Shown: positions 62,005 through 64,000 of the stretch, one piece after another
How the letters are laid out: each line of letters starts with the position of its first letter
How positions within the stretch are numbered: the first letter of the stretch is position 1
Source: Bacillota bacterium
GTDB lineage: Bacteria > Bacillota > Clostridia > Christensenellales > UMGS416
Assembly: GCA_023410875.1 (NCBI GenBank)
Contig: JAEYPH010000036.1
Location: 11-64,010, forward strand
DNA: 64,000 nucleotides
Reading direction: 5' to 3'
The notes under the pieces: generated by a model
The model's database searches: none
What the model saw: the letters and a program-made list of their open reading frames with translations, nothing else
Told to the model about the DNA's origin: nothing
Made by a program: the position numbers and the translations under genes

Positions 62005-62625
62005 ATGCGATATACCCAAAAGATGCCGGCGACGAACCCAGAGCTGAGCCGTAAGCTCCAGTCGGAGGGATGGGAGAAGCTCAGGGAGCCCACCAGCCTC
62101 GGCATGGCCACGCTGTTGTCCGTTCCTTTTATGCTGCTAAACGGCTTTCTCACGATGCTCGTTGCTTACTGCTTGTATCCGCCGCTGCGCGGGTTTTTAG
62201 CCACCGGGCCGGCGGGGGAGGTCACCTTCCAGATCGGTCTGACAACCTTGATCTACATTGCGGGCGTCGTCGTGTTTCTGCTCATCCATGAGCTGCTGCA
62301 CGCGTGCTTCATCCCCAATGTGCTGAGGTCTGATAAAACCTTTTGGGGAATCCATATTCTGTTCGGGTTTGTCAGCACGTGTGAGCCTATCCGCAAGGGC
62401 AGACATCTGCTCATATCCGTTGCCCCGTTTTTGCTTTTATCGGTGCTCCTGCCGTTCCTGATGAAGTTGGCAGGCCTGCTCGATGGGTTTGTCATTTTTC
62501 TATGTCTCGTGAATGCTATGGGATCTTCGGTGGATTGCCTGAACATGTGCCTTGTGGCATTCCAGGTTCCCCGCGGTTCCACCATCGTAAACAACGGGTT
62601 TGAAACATATTTCAAGCGACTATAA
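62005..62625 (+). CDS. DUF3267-like membrane protein with HExxH motif (putative zincin)
   Basis: Start trimmed to MRYTQKMPATNPEL; LIHELLHACFIP between TM helices. Confidence 0.7.
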   Translation: MRYTQKMPATNPELSRKLQSEGWEKLREPTSLGMATLLSVPFMLLNGFLTMLVAYCLYPPLRGFLATGPAGEVTFQIGLTTLIYIAGVVVFLLIHELLHACFIPNVLRSDKTFWGIHILFGFVSTCEPIRKGRHLLISVAPFLLLSVLLPFLMKLAGLLDGFVIFLCLVNAMGSSVDCLNMCLVAFQVPRGSTIVNNGFETYFKRL

Positions 62626-62766
62626 TAGATATATATACGAAATGCTGTGTTTCCGGCTGTCGGAGATGCGGCAATAACCAAAGAAGTGGAATCCCATTGT
62701 ATAGTGCTTGCTGTTTTATTCGCTAAGCCTTATACTAGTGATATCATCGGAAATGGAGGAGCGGCC

Positions 62767-63267
62767 ATGAGATTGTTTGGAGGGCTGTTCTGGGGTATCT
62801 TCCTGATCGCGTCGGGCGCTGTGTTTTTGCTGCGGCACGCATTGAATCTGCAAGTCTCTCAGGGTAAGCTGATCTTCGGCGTTTTTGTCGTTCTGGTGGG
62901 CGTATCGCTGCTGACGACGGGTTCCTGGACCAGCCGTTCCGACGGTATGTCGGTGTTCACCGACGGCCGCACGACGGTCTTGAACAACGGCGGCAGCTAT
63001 CAGTCCACATTCAGCTCCACCGATTATGACCTTACGGAGCTTCAGCCGGGTTCCACATTCCGCCTTAACTGTGCCTTTGGCTCTGCCCGGGTCAAGCTGC
63101 CCCCCGGCGCCTATGAGATCCATGCCAACAGCGCCTTTGGCAGCGTGCGTATGCCCGATGGCACCAGTTACGCCTTTGGCAGCGGAAATTTCAGCAGAAA
63201 CGGCACCGGCGAAACCATACGGGTGGATGTCAACTGCTCGTTTGGCGAGGTCGTGCTTTACGATTGA
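62767..63267 (+). CDS. small membrane protein with LiaF-C-like (DUF2154-type) beta-rich domain
   Basis: Start trimmed to MRLFGGLFWGIFLIASGAVFLL (GGAGGAG RBS). C-terminus FGSARVKLPPGAYEIHANSAFGSVRMP...VNCSFGEVVLY. Confidence 0.55.
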   Translation: MRLFGGLFWGIFLIASGAVFLLRHALNLQVSQGKLIFGVFVVLVGVSLLTTGSWTSRSDGMSVFTDGRTTVLNNGGSYQSTFSSTDYDLTELQPGSTFRLNCAFGSARVKLPPGAYEIHANSAFGSVRMPDGTSYAFGSGNFSRNGTGETIRVDVNCSFGEVVLYD

Positions 63268-63324
63268 CGGCGCTTGCATAACCGTCTCGCCTTTCGTTAA
63301 CTTTATCAAAGGAGGTGCTATTAC

Positions 63325-63522
63325 ATGGTGACCAAAGAAATGTCGATTTCAGAGGTGCTGCAAATGGACATGGGCACAGCGCCCATCTTTTTGCGCTTCG
63401 GCATGCACTGCTTGGGCTGCCCCATGGCGTCTGCCGAGAGCATTGAAGACGCTTGCGCGACCCACGGCATCAACGCCGACGAGATTGTAGAGAAGCTCAA
63501 CGAGTATTTCGCGTCCAAGTAA
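63325..63522 (+). CDS. DUF1858-type small protein (hybrid-cluster-protein-associated redox disulfide domain)
   Basis: MSISEVLQMDMGTAPIFLRFGMHCLGCPMASAESIEDACATHGINADEIVEKLNEYF. Confidence 0.75.
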   Translation: MVTKEMSISEVLQMDMGTAPIFLRFGMHCLGCPMASAESIEDACATHGINADEIVEKLNEYFASK

Positions 63523-63634
63523 CGGCCTGTGGATTGTTTTTGGCCCCGGAGGCCGGAAAACACCGCTGAATCCCGTGAATTTGGCGCAAGATGAGCAAAA
63601 CCCTGTGTAATTGTGGACAAAACCTGTGGATGAA

Positions 63635-63680
63635 ACCGGCTGCGCACTTTGGCTCGCAAGGCCGTGCGGCCGGTTTTTTT
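63635..63680 (+). terminator. intrinsic terminator about 110 nt after the DUF1858 gene
   Basis: ACCGGCTGCGCAC...GTGCGGCCGGT followed by TTTTTTT. Confidence 0.7.
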
Positions 63681-63940
63681 GTACGCAGCGCTGTGCAAAA
63701 CCCACGTTCTTTCTTCTACAGCGAAGGCTCTTGGCTATTCTTATATGTATCTATGGTTATCTGGACAACAAATACGTTAGTTCGTAAATTCCATGTTAAG
63801 TACGGGATAAGCACGAACGATATCTCGAGATATCAGAGAAACGAACGTTGTTTTTACAAAGACCTTTTGTTATACTAAAACTCCTCGACAGGGGAACCGA
63901 AAATGCCGGTCAAAACATCAAGATAGTCAAAAACTTCTAG

Positions 63941-63969
63941 TTGACTTGGCCGAATGAATTTGATAATAT
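63941..63969 (+). promoter_or_regulatory. near-consensus sigma-A promoter, TTGACT-17-TAATAT, reading out of the window
   Basis: TTGACT 63941-46, 17-nt spacer, TAATAT 63964-69. No ORF follows within the window. This geometry is typical of stable-RNA promoters, but the target is not visible. Confidence 0.55.
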
Positions 63970-64000
63970 GTCGAGGTGTCGCCCAACGGGACGGCAAACA

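Overview
G+C-rich 64-kb chromosomal segment. From gene content I infer a spore-forming Clostridia-type Firmicute: ytfI/ytfJ pair, sporulation-type DD-carboxypeptidase, T-box leader, HisZ plus short HisG, PurBox operator. About 60 genes, mostly core metabolism. Left to right: (1) a small accessory patch (0-6.9 kb) with the 5' end of an IS30 transposase gene at the window edge, an A+T-rich lipoprotein gene, an uncharacterised 410-aa protein, a secreted FlgD-Ig/CAP protein, and a tightly overlapped AAC(3) acetyltransferase / WYL regulator / Isf-like flavoprotein::GNAT operon. (2) A five-gene Opp/Dpp/Nik-type ABC importer, divergent from a COG0523 metallochaperone GTPase. (3) A T-box-controlled ilvN-ilvC-ilvD-ilvB operon. 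(4) An A+T-rich membrane GGDEF-EAL gene. (5) hisZGDBHAF(IE). (6) VanW, GNAT, ytfI/ytfJ, DD-carboxypeptidase, rluB. (7) A GT4 glycosyltransferase plus bifunctional L-fucokinase/GDP-fucose pyrophosphorylase (Fkp-like). (8) A large secreted subtilase-fold peptidase with three FN3 repeats, preceded by a stand-alone lipoprotein paralogous to its own pro-region. (9) A PadR/membrane-sensor/PH-domain trio, an MBL-fold protein, a flavin reductase, and purA co-transcribed with an FAD oxidoreductase behind a PurBox pair. (10) queG, a pspC-like gene, and a GH18 hydrolase. (11) A 12S / OadG-like / biotin carrier / 5S carboxyltransferase cluster. (12) A methyltransferase, surE, an RpiR regulator, an HI0933-type flavoprotein, and small membrane proteins. 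The window ends at a near-consensus promoter. No rRNA, tRNA or CRISPR array was seen. Most interesting items: an unannotated 66-codon ORF encoding a tandemly duplicated Phe/Leu-only double-TM peptide (51781..51981); the decarboxylase-style locus with a 5S carboxyltransferase where the Na+ pump subunit normally sits; the peptidase with its free-standing prodomain paralog; the AAC(3)-WYL-Isf::GNAT operon with a tandem 13-mer at its promoter; and an exact 16-mer hairpin core present three times in intergenic DNA. I did not find a clear-cut multi-gene novel system such as a defence island. CDS ends come from the supplied ORF track. Many starts were trimmed by me using RBS position and family-typical N-termini. 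Coordinates of non-coding features were hand-counted and may be off by 1-2 nt.
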